A DNA stretch of 64,000 bases. It comes from Patescibacteria group bacterium (GTDB lineage Bacteria > Patescibacteriota > Minisyncoccia > Portnoybacterales > UBA2143). The position numbers and the translations under genes are program-made. The stretch's first letter is position 1, and each line of letters opens with the position of its first letter. A model generated the notes under the pieces. It was not told where the DNA came from and did not search any database. It saw only the letters and a list, made by a program, of their open reading frames with translations. Of this stretch, positions 9,267-18,337 are shown in pieces. The stretch spans positions 193,980-257,979 of the forward strand of contig JAHJSM010000001.1 of the NCBI GenBank assembly GCA_018830295.1, in the 5' to 3' direction.

Positions 9267-9297
9267 GGGGGCTGCCCCCGCAACGGGGGCAGCCCCC
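9267..9297. repeat. GC-rich palindromic repeat, A-type
   Basis: ATGGGGGCTGCCCCCGCAACGGGGGCAGCCCCCAT, identical to the 8265-8299 copy. Confidence 0.85.
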
Positions 9298-9303
9298 ATC
9301 ATC

Positions 9304-9379
9304 GTCCTCGTAGCTCAGTGGATAGAGCGCTTCCTTGCGGAGGAAGAAGTCACAGGTTCAAATCCTGTCGAGGACACCA
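9304..9379 (+). tRNA. tRNA-Arg (anticodon GCG)
   Basis: Acceptor GTCCTCG/CGAGGAC. Anticodon stem CTTCC/GGAAG with loop TTGCGGA. T-arm ACAGGTTCAAATCCTGT. CCA encoded, overlapping the recG ATG. Confidence 0.75.
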
Positions 9380-11427
9380 TGCTTTCCTTCTCATCCAAAA
9401 TTGAAGAAGTCAACAAAATAGGTCCCGCTTATTTGAAAAAGCTTCATCGGCTTAAAATCAAGACAATTCGGGACCTTTTTTTACATTTCCCTCATCGCTA
9501 CGATGATTTTAGCCATTTCGTTTCCATTAGCGAACTGCAAATCAATCAAGTCGCGACAATCCAAGGAGAGGTCGTTAAAATTAATTACGCTTCGCGGAGT
9601 CAATGGCGAAGAATGGGACTGACCGAAGCGCTTGTTAAAGACGAGACGGGGACTATCAAAGCGGTCTGGTTTAATCAACCCTATCTGACTGAAACATTAA
9701 AAGAAGGCGTAAAAGTCAATCTTTCCGGCAAGATTGCGCGCGTGAAAACCGCCTTTTCTTTTTCCAATCCCGCCTACGAGGTTGTTAATAAGGAGGACTT
9801 CACCCACACGGGTCGCTTGGTCCCCGTCTACCACGAAACCGCCGGATTAAGTTCCCGCTATTTGCGATATATTATCAAACCGCTTCTCTATTTAACTGAA
9901 ACAGCGAACGACTTTCTCCCTGAAGAAATTCAAAAAGAATTTGGTTTAGACAATCTTAATCAATCCATCCAGCAAATCCATTTCCCCTCGGATGCCCTCT
10001 CCGCGCAAAAAGCCCGCCGGCGCCTCGCCTTTAACGAACTTTTTTTAATTCAACTCAATACTCTGTTGCAAAAGAAAGAACTGGAAAAAAAAAGAGCGAC
10101 TGCCATTCCCTTTAATCAAAAACTAATTAAGTCATTCGTTAAAAAACTACCCTTTAAACTCACTGACGACCAGCGAGTCGCCGCTTGGGAAATATTTCAG
10201 GACATGGAGAAAAACAAGCCTATGAACCGCCTGCTTGACGGCGATGTCGGCTCGGGCAAAACAATCGCCGCCCTAATCGCCGCCTTGCAAACGGCAAAAG
10301 CCGGATACCAAACGGCGTTTATGGCGCCAACTGAGATCTTGGCAAGACAGCACTTCCAAACATTCCAAAATTTTCTTAAAGAACAGGACTTAAATATCGC
10401 CCTTTTAACCAGTTCTGTCCCCAAAACCAAACTAAAAAAATTAATACGCGACGGAGAAGTGGATATTATTATCGGAACGCACTCCCTCATCCAGGAAAGC
10501 GTTTCTTTTAAAAACTTGGCTTTGGCGATCGTTGACGAACAGCACAGATTTGGCGTCATCCAAAGAGCCGCCTTGCAAAAAAATATTTACGAAATGGAAG
10601 ACGGTCTGCCGACTATCCCCCATCTCCTTTCTATGACCGCCACCCCAATTCCGCGCACCTTGGCGCTCACTATTTACGGCGACCTTGCTCTTTCCATAAT
10701 TAAAGAAATGCCCAAAGGAAGACAAAAAGTTATCACCAAAATCGTCGCTCCCGCCGGACGCCAAAAAACTTACGACTTTATTAAAAATCAAATTGAAAAG
10801 AAAAAACAGGCCTTTGTTATTTGCCCCCTCATAGAAAAACTTGATGAAGAAATTAAATCCGTGACGAAAGAATACAAAAAACTGTCCGAGGAAATTTTTC
10901 CTCATTTTAATGTGGCGATGCTGCACGGAAAACTCAAACCGAAAGAAAAAGAAACAATTATGAAAGAATTCAGCGAAGGGATAACTGACATTTTGGTTTC
11001 CACTTCCGTCGTTGAAGTCGGAGTTGATGTTCCCAACGCGACCGTGATGCTGATTGAAGGCGCGGAAAGATTCGGGCTAGCCCAACTCCACCAATTCCGC
11101 GGAAGAATCGGAAGGGGAGACGCGCAATCATACTGCTTCCTTTTTACCAGCCCCAAGAGCGCCAAAATTAGCGGTCGCCTCAAAGCGATCGTCAACTGCC
11201 ATAATGGATTTGAATTAGCCGAAAAAGACCTTCAATTAAGAGGACCTGGCGACTTCACGGGAGTTCGTCAATGGGGTTTGCCCGATTTGGTTATGTCGTC
11301 CCTGAACGACTTGGAATTAGTCAAACAAACCCGCCAAGCCGCGCGGACTGTTTTAGAAAAGAACCTCCTCACTCCCGCCCTCAAAGAAGAATTAAAAAAA
11401 TTCCAAACAGCGCTCCATTTGGAGTGA
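9379..11427 (+). CDS. recG: ATP-dependent DNA helicase RecG
   Basis: N-terminal wedge/OB region. Helicase motifs GDVGSGKT and DEQHRFGV, plus the C-terminal helicase domain. The 9265 start in the ORF track is a repeat/tRNA read-through. Confidence 0.85.
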   Translation: MLSFSSKIEEVNKIGPAYLKKLHRLKIKTIRDLFLHFPHRYDDFSHFVSISELQINQVATIQGEVVKINYASRSQWRRMGLTEALVKDETGTIKAVWFNQPYLTETLKEGVKVNLSGKIARVKTAFSFSNPAYEVVNKEDFTHTGRLVPVYHETAGLSSRYLRYIIKPLLYLTETANDFLPEEIQKEFGLDNLNQSIQQIHFPSDALSAQKARRRLAFNELFLIQLNTLLQKKELEKKRATAIPFNQKLIKSFVKKLPFKLTDDQRVAAWEIFQDMEKNKPMNRLLDGDVGSGKTIAALIAALQTAKAGYQTAFMAPTEILARQHFQTFQNFLKEQDLNIALLTSSVPKTKLKKLIRDGEVDIIIGTHSLIQESVSFKNLALAIVDEQHRFGVIQRAALQKNIYEMEDGLPTIPHLLSMTATPIPRTLALTIYGDLALSIIKEMPKGRQKVITKIVAPAGRQKTYDFIKNQIEKKKQAFVICPLIEKLDEEIKSVTKEYKKLSEEIFPHFNVAMLHGKLKPKEKETIMKEFSEGITDILVSTSVVEVGVDVPNATVMLIEGAERFGLAQLHQFRGRIGRGDAQSYCFLFTSPKSAKISGRLKAIVNCHNGFELAEKDLQLRGPGDFTGVRQWGLPDLVMSSLNDLELVKQTRQAARTVLEKNLLTPALKEELKKFQTALHLE

Positions 11428-11430
11428 AAC

Positions 11431-11461
11431 GGGGGCTGCCCCCGCAACGGGAGCAGCCCCC
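11431..11461. repeat. GC-rich palindromic repeat, A-type (one mismatch)
   Basis: GGGGGCTGCCCCCGCAACGGGAGCAGCCCCC, directly after the recG stop. Confidence 0.8.
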
Positions 11462-11472
11462 AGATTCAAACC

Positions 11473-11512
11473 CTTGACAAAATATCTTTATGTGGTAGGA
11501 TACAAGCAGTTC
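11473..11512 (+). promoter_or_regulatory. Putative sigma70-like promoter upstream of the dksA-like gene
   Basis: TTGACA, 16-nt spacer, TAGGAT. A consensus TATAAT lies at 11506-11511. The SD GGGGGG precedes the ATG at 11546. Confidence 0.3.
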
Positions 11513-11545
11513 TTATAATTAACTTTTTTTCAAGGGGGGTATGAA

Positions 11546-11947
11546 ATGAGATTAACAGAAAAAGAAGTAAAAAGATTGTTAGCGGCCGAAAGAGCAAGAA
11601 CAGAAAAAGCAATCACGACGACTATATCAAAATCCTCGGCCGAACTTCGCGCAATTAGCGCGACAAAGGTAAAAAATTGTCGCAAGGATAACCATCCTAT
11701 AATGATGATTATCCACAGCGGAAGAATTGCCCAATTGAGAAAATATTTGGGCAAAATTAAGCAAGCATTTGAGAATTTGGAAAATGGTAAATACGGCATC
11801 TGTCATGTTTGCGGATGTCAAATTCCAACAGCGCGCTTGCGAGTCTGTCCGGCAACAAACACATGTATCACCTGTAAAAAAACGCTTAAATTCGTCACGG
11901 CGCCAATAATAACATTGCGCCGCGAAACCAGGGCAGCAGCCCTCTAA
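11546..11947 (+). CDS. DksA/TraR-family C4 zinc-finger protein
   Basis: Coiled-coil N-terminus and the C-terminal zinc finger CHVCGCQI...C..C. Confidence 0.65.
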   Translation: MRLTEKEVKRLLAAERARTEKAITTTISKSSAELRAISATKVKNCRKDNHPIMMIIHSGRIAQLRKYLGKIKQAFENLENGKYGICHVCGCQIPTARLRVCPATNTCITCKKTLKFVTAPIITLRRETRAAAL

Positions 11948-11957
11948 CTCAACAACA

Positions 11958-11998
11958 GGGGAAATGGTAAAAACGCCATTCCCCTGTTTTATTTTCCC
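11958..11998. terminator. Hairpin plus T-tract between convergent genes
   Basis: ACAGGGGAAATGG...CCATTCCCCTGT followed by TTTATTTT. Confidence 0.45.
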
Positions 11999-13558
11999 CT
12001 ATTTCTTACTTTTCGGCGTCACCCAAAATCCCATATACTTCCCAATCATTAACCGCGTTTGCGATTCCAATCCAGGGATAGCGCCAAAAAACAAAATCGT
12101 CACGGGAACTAAAATCCACTGGATAATCATGCTAAAATATTTCAGCCGCCCCTTAACGCCACTTTTGTATTTCTCTGGTCTTTTTGGCAAAAGCAAAGTG
12201 CTATAAATCGCGGACCCGACTAATCCAACCATCGCCAAAGTCATCAAAATTCTTGTCACGCGCGGCAAATTATATGATAAAACCGTCACATTAAATTCTT
12301 GTCCGCCCAAAGCCAAAGGGAGCCAGCCCAAAAAGAAAATCAGCAACGCGTTCGTCGCCCACGACCAAAATCCCTCCAACTGAATCCAGGTCCAATGAAA
12401 TTTTTGCCGCCAAGGTATTTTTTTATTTTTCAAAAAACCAAAAAGGAGAAAAGGAATATTCTCCGCCCCCCAGCCCCATCGCCTCTGTTGCTTATAGACA
12501 TTAAGACATGTTTTTAAAAACGACGAAGACAAATTAGCGTCCATTGAAACAGGGTAATTGAGCGGAATTGTTTGATATTTCCCGTCGTAAAAAAGCAAAT
12601 TTTTCCAAAAAATCCGCGAATCCTCCGAAACAATATTGACCGACCAAAAATCAACATCAACCAACGCCTGAAAACTGACCGCTTGCGAAGAAAAAGTGGA
12701 GAGCCGTTCTGGTCTTTGCTGCTGGATCATCTGCCAAAATGTCCCTGAAGTCGCGACGACTCGAGAAACCGATGGCGCGTCCCAAATATTATTATTATAA
12801 ACCGGAATCGGCTGATAACTTGAACGGGTCGGTTTTTTAGCAGTTAAATAATGATACGACAAACAAGAAAAATATCGCGGATAAACTTGCGTATCAATAT
12901 CAAAACAAGAAACGACAATATTTTTATAAGGAATTTTCAACGGGTCAATAATTTTTTTCTTAACTTGGCGCGCGCCATATGAAGAATTTGAGCCCTTGCA
13001 AGCCATTTCGCCTGCGACGCCTTCGGGATGAACCGTAATCAAAAAGTCAAAAAAATATCCGCCAAATTCTTTTCTCGCTTTTCGCGCTCTATTTCTGGCA
13101 GACAAACCCGCCCTTTCTTCCACCGCTAAGACAACAATCATTTTGTCTTTTGGATAATCGGATTCAGTAATCGCCCGCAAGGTGGTTTGAATCACGGAGA
13201 GCGGCTCTTTGTAAACAGGCAAAACAATTAAATGATGTATTTTTTGCCATTTCTTACCGCCCAGAGATTTAACCTTGCCGAGCCAATCAACCGATAATTG
13301 CTTTTTCATCTGACGATAACTAATTCTCAAATGAAAAGAAAGATAAACTGTTTTCAAGAGCCAATAGACATCAAAAGCGATAATAAAAAAGGCCGCCCAA
13401 ATCGGTTGAGCCCAAGACAAAAAAACAATCCCTAAAAGCGTCGCCCAAGCCAAAAATCCAGGCAAAATTTCCAAAGCCCGATAAACAATCCTCTCCCATC
13501 TCTTTTCTAAATCCCCCGCCTTCCCAATTTTTAAATAATATTTTTCAGATGGCAGCAT
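11999..13558 (-). CDS. Family 2 glycosyltransferase, membrane-integrated, processive synthase-like
   Basis: Multiple TMs flank a GT-A domain. DxD region and the QQRRWGWG (QxxRW) motif. Confidence 0.7.
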   Translation of the reverse strand: MLPSEKYYLKIGKAGDLEKRWERIVYRALEILPGFLAWATLLGIVFLSWAQPIWAAFFIIAFDVYWLLKTVYLSFHLRISYRQMKKQLSVDWLGKVKSLGGKKWQKIHHLIVLPVYKEPLSVIQTTLRAITESDYPKDKMIVVLAVEERAGLSARNRARKARKEFGGYFFDFLITVHPEGVAGEMACKGSNSSYGARQVKKKIIDPLKIPYKNIVVSCFDIDTQVYPRYFSCLSYHYLTAKKPTRSSYQPIPVYNNNIWDAPSVSRVVATSGTFWQMIQQQRPERLSTFSSQAVSFQALVDVDFWSVNIVSEDSRIFWKNLLFYDGKYQTIPLNYPVSMDANLSSSFLKTCLNVYKQQRRWGWGAENIPFLLFGFLKNKKIPWRQKFHWTWIQLEGFWSWATNALLIFFLGWLPLALGGQEFNVTVLSYNLPRVTRILMTLAMVGLVGSAIYSTLLLPKRPEKYKSGVKGRLKYFSMIIQWILVPVTILFFGAIPGLESQTRLMIGKYMGFWVTPKSKK

Positions 13559-13595
13559 ATAAAAATCCTATCCCAAAACCAACCCCAACGCAAGC

Positions 13596-13628
13596 AAAAT
13601 AAAAACCGCCGGCGTTTTTGCCGGCGGC
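13596..13628 (-). terminator. Rho-independent terminator after the 13642-14067 gene
   Basis: On the minus strand, GCCGCCGGC-AAAAAC-GCCGGCGG followed by TTTTT. Confidence 0.5.
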
Positions 13629-13641
13629 ATATTACAAAAAA

Positions 13642-14067
13642 CTACAATGACATTTCAGCAGCCATAAACCGCGTTTTCGCGGCTACAGAATACTTTTTCC
13701 CATTTACGAATCCTTGCAGATGTTCCCTGCCTCCTTTTTCCACAAGACAAGCATCTGAAATTTTTACAAGTTCTTTCGCGGGTGTTCCATTCCCTTTTCG
13801 GGGAAGAATATTGACATAATTGTAAACAACCCCGCGACATAAACTTTCCACTGTGCATATTCGTTTATTTATTTGCCGCGCGACATTCTTTATGTCGTCC
13901 TCTGACATTTCGCCAAAAAATTCTTGGCTAACATCTGACCAATCCTGATACTTTTCCGAATTCATTTTTGTTTCGAAAAGAAAATCTTCTGAAAAATAAA
14001 TGCTACCTTCATAAAATTCAACTACTGCCCCTCCGCCTAACACTCTTGTTACTTTATCAACTTCCAT
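13642..14067 (-). CDS. Hypothetical protein
   Basis: 141-aa ORF with a strong SD (AAAGGGGGTAAAATG). No recognisable motif. Confidence 0.45.
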   Translation of the reverse strand: MEVDKVTRVLGGGAVVEFYEGSIYFSEDFLFETKMNSEKYQDWSDVSQEFFGEMSEDDIKNVARQINKRICTVESLCRGVVYNYVNILPRKGNGTPAKELVKISDACLVEKGGREHLQGFVNGKKYSVAAKTRFMAAEMSL

Positions 14068-14119
14068 TTTACCCCCTTTTATATGATTATTAAATTTTTA
14101 AAAAACTAAACAAAGACCG

Positions 14120-14194
14120 CTGGTAGCCCTAAGGGGAATCGAACCCCTGTTGCCAGAATGAAAATCTGGAGTCCTAACCACTAGACGATAGGGC
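14120..14194 (-). tRNA. tRNA-Glu (anticodon TTC)
   Basis: Reverse complement GGCCCTATCGTCTAGTGGTTAGGAC-TCCAGATTTTCATTCTGGC-AACAGGGGTTCGATTCCCCTTAGGGCTACCA. Loop TTTTCAT. Confidence 0.85.
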
Positions 14195-14226
14195 CGAAAA
14201 ACTTGTCATATAATACAAGTTAGAAT

Positions 14227-15273
14227 ATGATTTGTAAAGATATGATTATTTTAGCCATTGAAACATCTTGCGACGATACGGGAGTTGCCGTGGTTGAAGC
14301 CGACTCAAAAGGATGTCTGATTTTATCTAATATCGTCTCGTCACAAATAAAAGTCCATGCTCCTTACGGCGGCGTCGTGCCTAATTTAGCCGCGCGCGCT
14401 CATTTAAAAAATATCAAACCCTGTTTTGAAAGGGCGCTCAAAGAAGCAAAAAATCCTAAAATTGATTTAATCGCCGTCACAGTCGGACCCGGACTTATCC
14501 CCTCTCTTTTAGTCGGCGTCAACTTCGCCAAAGCCCTCGCCTACGCCCAGAAAATACCGATTACGGGCGTCAACCATATAGAAGGCCATATCTACGCCAA
14601 TTGGCTCCTGTCAATTCAAAATTCAAAATTTCCAATTCTCTGTCTCGTCGTGAGCGGGGGGCATACGCAATTGATTCTAATGGAAGGTTATGGAAAATAC
14701 AAACTACTTGGAGAAACGCGAGATGACGCGGCGGGCGAAGCGTTTGATAAAACGGCGAAATTGCTCGGGCTCGGCTATCCAGGCGGACCAATTCTCGCCC
14801 AAAAAGCGAAAAAGGGAAACCCGCGCGCTTTTAATTTGCCCCGCCCAATGATTCGCGCGAACAATTTTGATTTTTCTTTTTCTGGATTAAAAACAGCCGT
14901 TCTTTATTTAGTCCGAGGCCTTAGGGACAGTCCCCAATCCTTGGGGACTGTCCCTATTTCTGATATCTGCGCCTCTTTCCAACAAGCTGCGATTGATGTC
15001 TTGGTTAGCAAAACAATAAGAGCCGCGAAAAAATACAAAACAAAAACAATTATGCTTTCGGGCGGCGTGGCAGCAAACCAAGAATTAAGAAAACAACTAA
15101 AAAACGAGATTGAAAAAAATCTCCCCAACGCTAACTTCCATGTCCCGCCCATAGAATTCTGCTGTGACAACGCCGCGATGATCGCTGCTGTTGCTGCTTT
15201 TGGGGGCTGCCCCCGTTGCGGGGGCAGCCCCCAAAAAATCCAAGCCAACGCTAATTTGAAATTAATTGCCTAG
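14227..15273 (+). CDS. tsaD: tRNA N6-adenosine threonylcarbamoyltransferase TsaD (Kae1/YgjD)
   Basis: IETSCDDTGVAV, VPNLAARAHL, VSGGHTQL and GYPGGP motifs. Contains two in-frame palindromic repeat insertions. Confidence 0.85.
   Translation: MICKDMIILAIETSCDDTGVAVVEADSKGCLILSNIVSSQIKVHAPYGGVVPNLAARAHLKNIKPCFERALKEAKNPKIDLIAVTVGPGLIPSLLVGVNFAKALAYAQKIPITGVNHIEGHIYANWLLSIQNSKFPILCLVVSGGHTQLILMEGYGKYKLLGETRDDAAGEAFDKTAKLLGLGYPGGPILAQKAKKGNPRAFNLPRPMIRANNFDFSFSGLKTAVLYLVRGLRDSPQSLGTVPISDICASFQQAAIDVLVSKTIRAAKKYKTKTIMLSGGVAANQELRKQLKNEIEKNLPNANFHVPPIEFCCDNAAMIAAVAAFGGCPRCGGSPQKIQANANLKLIA
14924..14954. repeat. GC-rich palindromic repeat, B-type, inside the tsaD CDS
   Basis: GGGACAGTCCCCAATCCTTGGGGACTGTCCC, in-frame, encoding LRDSPQSLGTVPI. 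Confidence 0.8.
15202..15232. repeat. GC-rich palindromic repeat, A-type, forming part of the tsaD C-terminal coding region
   Basis: GGGGGCTGCCCCCGTTGCGGGGGCAGCCCCC, encoding FGGCPRCGGSPQ. Confidence 0.8.
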
Positions 15274-15278
15274 CAAAC

Positions 15279-15309
15279 GGGGACAGTCCCCGTTGCGGGG
15301 ACTGTCCCC
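15279..15309. repeat. GC-rich palindromic repeat, B-type, in the tsaD-valS intergenic region
   Basis: GGGGACAGTCCCCGTTGCGGGGACTGTCCCC. Confidence 0.85.
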
Positions 15310-15333
15310 ATCAGGTACAATATAATAACGCCG

Positions 15334-17382
15334 ATGAAAGAACTACCTACACAATATGAACCAAAAGAGAATGAGGATAAGATTTACCAACTTTGGGAAA
15401 AGTCGGGTTATTTTAATCCCGATAATCTTAAGACAAAGAAAACGGCTAAAACCTACACCATCGCCATCCCTCCTCCAAATGTGACTGGCGAGCTTCATAT
15501 GGGGCACGCGCTAAACGCTTTTATTCAGGATGTTTTAATTCGCTGGAAAAGAATGCAAGGATTCAAAACGCTTTGGGTTCCGGGGACGGACCATGCCGGC
15601 ATCGCCACGCAAAATGTTGTTGAAAAAAAATTAAAAAAAGAAGGACTCAACCGCCATATTTTAGGAAAAGAAAAATTCCTTGAGAAAATTTGGGAGTGGC
15701 GCGCGGAATACGGAAATTTGATTTTAGAACAATTGAAAAAAATGGGCTCCTCTTGCGACTGGAGCCGGACTGCTTTCACAATGGATGAAAGTTATCAAGA
15801 CGCGGTCAAGGCGGCTTTTTTACATTACTACAAAAAAGGATGGATTTATCAAGGAGAAAGAGTTATCAACTGGTGCGTCAAATGCCAAACAAGTTTGTCC
15901 GACTTGGAACTTGAACACAAAGAAGAAAAAGGGCATTTATGGTATATTAAATATCCTCAAATAACCGTCGCGACCACTCGGCCGGAGACGATGTTAGGAG
16001 ATACGGCGGTCGCGGTTAATCCGAGGGATAAGCGATACAAAAAATTAATTGGGCAAAAAATTATTCTTCCTTTAGTTGGACGAGAAATCCCCATAATCGC
16101 CGATCGAACCGTTGACCCAGAATTTGGAACAGGCGCGGTTAAAGTGACGCCCGCCCATTCTATGGCTGACGCGGAAATCGCCCTGCGAAACAATTTACCC
16201 ACGATTCAAGTTATTAACACTCTCGGCAAAATGACGGAAAAAGCCGGCGCGCAATTTGAGGGCTTGTCTGTTTTAGACGCGAGACAAAAGGTTGTTGAAG
16301 AATTAGAAAAGGAAGGCCTTTTAGAAAAAACAGAAGATTATCTTCACCAAATCCCCCATTGCTATCGCTGCGACCGCGCAATTGAACCGCTCGTTAGTCA
16401 GCAATGGTTTTTAAAAATGGACGAACTCGCCAAAGTAGCGATGGAAGCGGTCGAAGGCGGGAAAGTTAAATTCCACCCGAAGCGATGGGAAAAAGTATAT
16501 TTTGACTGGCTGAACAATATTAGGGATTGGTGTATTTCGCGGCAAATTTGGTGGGGGCATAAAATTCCCATTGATGGAGTTGACGATGTTTTAGACACTT
16601 GGTTTTCTTCAGCGCTCTGGCCTTTCGCAGTCTTGGGTTGGCCCAAAAAAACAAAAGATTTGCGGGAATTTTATCCGACGGACACTGTCAGCACCGCGCG
16701 CGATATTATTAATCTTTGGGTTTCCAGAATGATTTTTTCCGGGCTGGAATTTAACAAAAAACCTCCGTTTAAGGATGTTATCATTCACGCGACTATCTTA
16801 AACAAAGACGGGCAAAGAATGAGCAAATCGCTCGGAACCGGCCGCAATCCCTTGGAATTGGTCAGTCAATACGGCGCTGACGCGACGAGGTTCGGCATGA
16901 TTTATCAGGTTTTAAACAATCAAGATATTAAATTCGCCGAAGAAAATATTTTAATGGGCAAAAAATTCGCTAATAAAATTTGGAACGCGAGCCGCTTTGC
17001 TCTGCAGCAAATCGGAAACGCAAAAATTAGCGTTCCAGACGCGAAATCATTGGCAAAAAACAAAAATCTGACCGCCGCCGATAAAAGAATTCTCAAAAAA
17101 CTTAGCGCGATCACGAAAAAAATAGACAAAAATTTAGAAAATTTTCAATTTGGAAAAGCCGCCCATTCGCTTTATGATTTCTTCTGGCATGACTTCTGCG
17201 ACAAATATATTGAAGAAGCGAAAAAACAAGATAATCTCCAAACAAAAAAAATCCTCGCTTTCGTTCTCCTTAATTCTCTAAAACTGCTTCATCCCTTTAT
17301 GCCCTTCGTCACAGAAACAATCTACCAAAAACTCCCCTTCGCGAAAAGGGACTGCTTAATGGTTGAGGAATGGCCAAGGTAA
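15334..17382 (+). CDS. valS: Valyl-tRNA synthetase (short form, 682 aa)
   Basis: PPNVTGELHMGHA (HIGH motif), TTRPETMLGDTAVAVNP (editing-domain signature) and QRMSKSLGT (KMSKS). The C-terminal coiled-coil extension is absent. Confidence 0.85.
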   Translation: MKELPTQYEPKENEDKIYQLWEKSGYFNPDNLKTKKTAKTYTIAIPPPNVTGELHMGHALNAFIQDVLIRWKRMQGFKTLWVPGTDHAGIATQNVVEKKLKKEGLNRHILGKEKFLEKIWEWRAEYGNLILEQLKKMGSSCDWSRTAFTMDESYQDAVKAAFLHYYKKGWIYQGERVINWCVKCQTSLSDLELEHKEEKGHLWYIKYPQITVATTRPETMLGDTAVAVNPRDKRYKKLIGQKIILPLVGREIPIIADRTVDPEFGTGAVKVTPAHSMADAEIALRNNLPTIQVINTLGKMTEKAGAQFEGLSVLDARQKVVEELEKEGLLEKTEDYLHQIPHCYRCDRAIEPLVSQQWFLKMDELAKVAMEAVEGGKVKFHPKRWEKVYFDWLNNIRDWCISRQIWWGHKIPIDGVDDVLDTWFSSALWPFAVLGWPKKTKDLREFYPTDTVSTARDIINLWVSRMIFSGLEFNKKPPFKDVIIHATILNKDGQRMSKSLGTGRNPLELVSQYGADATRFGMIYQVLNNQDIKFAEENILMGKKFANKIWNASRFALQQIGNAKISVPDAKSLAKNKNLTAADKRILKKLSAITKKIDKNLENFQFGKAAHSLYDFFWHDFCDKYIEEAKKQDNLQTKKILAFVLLNSLKLLHPFMPFVTETIYQKLPFAKRDCLMVEEWPR

Positions 17383-17563
17383 AATTTTCAATTTCTAATT
17401 TTCAATTTTCAAATAATTTTCAATGAATTAATTTACTAATTTTCAAATAAGAAAAATAAGAAGAGAGTATAAAAAAATTTAGAGATTGAGAAATTAAAAT
17501 GCCATTTGAAAATTTGGAAATTAAGAAATTATTTGAAAATTGAGAATTGAAAATTGAAAATTA
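17381..17563. repeat. AT-rich imperfect inverted repeat (ATTTTCAA-rich arm ... TTGAAAAT-rich arm)
   Basis: The left arm 17381-17424 and the right arm 17505-17563 are near reverse complements around an ~80-bp AT-rich centre. Confidence 0.6.
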
Positions 17564-17570
17564 CGCCCCC

Positions 17571-18326
17571 ATGCACTATTTTCTCTACATCTTCCTTGGT
17601 CTTCTTCCTAGTTTAATCTGGCTCTCTTTTTATTTAAGAAAAGACCAACGACCCGAGCCAAATTCAATCGTTTTAAAATTATTCTTTTGGGGAGTGCTTA
17701 TCACTCCTTTTGCAATTGTTTTGGAACTACTTTTGGTTTGGGCGCTTAACCCAAACTTGCAATTTTGGTCTATCTTGTCTCAAATGCCCCAAAACGGATT
17801 TTTAAAAATTATTTTGGCGGCGACATTGGTTCCCGCCGTTGTTGAGGAGTATCTAAAATACGCCGTTGTTAGGTTTAAATTCCTCAAAGATTCAGAATTT
17901 GACGAGCCAACCGATGTGATGATATACTGTATTATAGTCGGCTTGGGATTTGCCGCTGTGGAAAACTTGCTCGTTTTATTTAAAATTCCATCATCGGATA
18001 TTGGACAAGCGATTAGCGTCATCTCGCTCCGTTTTTTGGGAGCGACATTAGTCCACGCGCTCGCTTGCGGAATAGTCGGGTACTGGCTCGCCAAAGGACT
18101 GCTCCATTCCGATAACAGAAAGAAAATGGTTGCAATCGGGTTAGCCATTGCCATTACATTCCATAGTTGCTATAATTACCTTGTTGTCTCCATATCCCGA
18201 GCAACCGACTCTGAACAAAAATTATTATTCTTTTTTTCCGCCGCCATTTTTTTAATCGCGACCGCGCTTCTTGTTTCCTTTTATTTTCGCAAACTTAAAA
18301 AACATAAATCGGTTTGTAAATTATAA
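17571..18326 (+). CDS. PrsW-like intramembrane metalloprotease family protein
   Basis: Polytopic membrane protein with VVEEYLKYAVV (ExxxK), GFAAVEN and HALACG/FHSCYN histidine motifs that resemble PrsW/CAAX-type proteases. Start taken as ATG 17571 (the ORF track uses TTG 17547). Confidence 0.45.
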   Translation: MHYFLYIFLGLLPSLIWLSFYLRKDQRPEPNSIVLKLFFWGVLITPFAIVLELLLVWALNPNLQFWSILSQMPQNGFLKIILAATLVPAVVEEYLKYAVVRFKFLKDSEFDEPTDVMIYCIIVGLGFAAVENLLVLFKIPSSDIGQAISVISLRFLGATLVHALACGIVGYWLAKGLLHSDNRKKMVAIGLAIAITFHSCYNYLVVSISRATDSEQKLLFFFSAAIFLIATALLVSFYFRKLKKHKSVCKL

Positions 18327-18337
18327 TCTAAAAAAAT

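Noticed and set aside
9265-9378. 5' extension of the recG ORF (start at 9265)
   Set aside because: It reads through the A-type repeat and tRNA-Arg. The real start is the ATG at 9379 (MLSFSSKIEE...), which overlaps the tRNA CCA.
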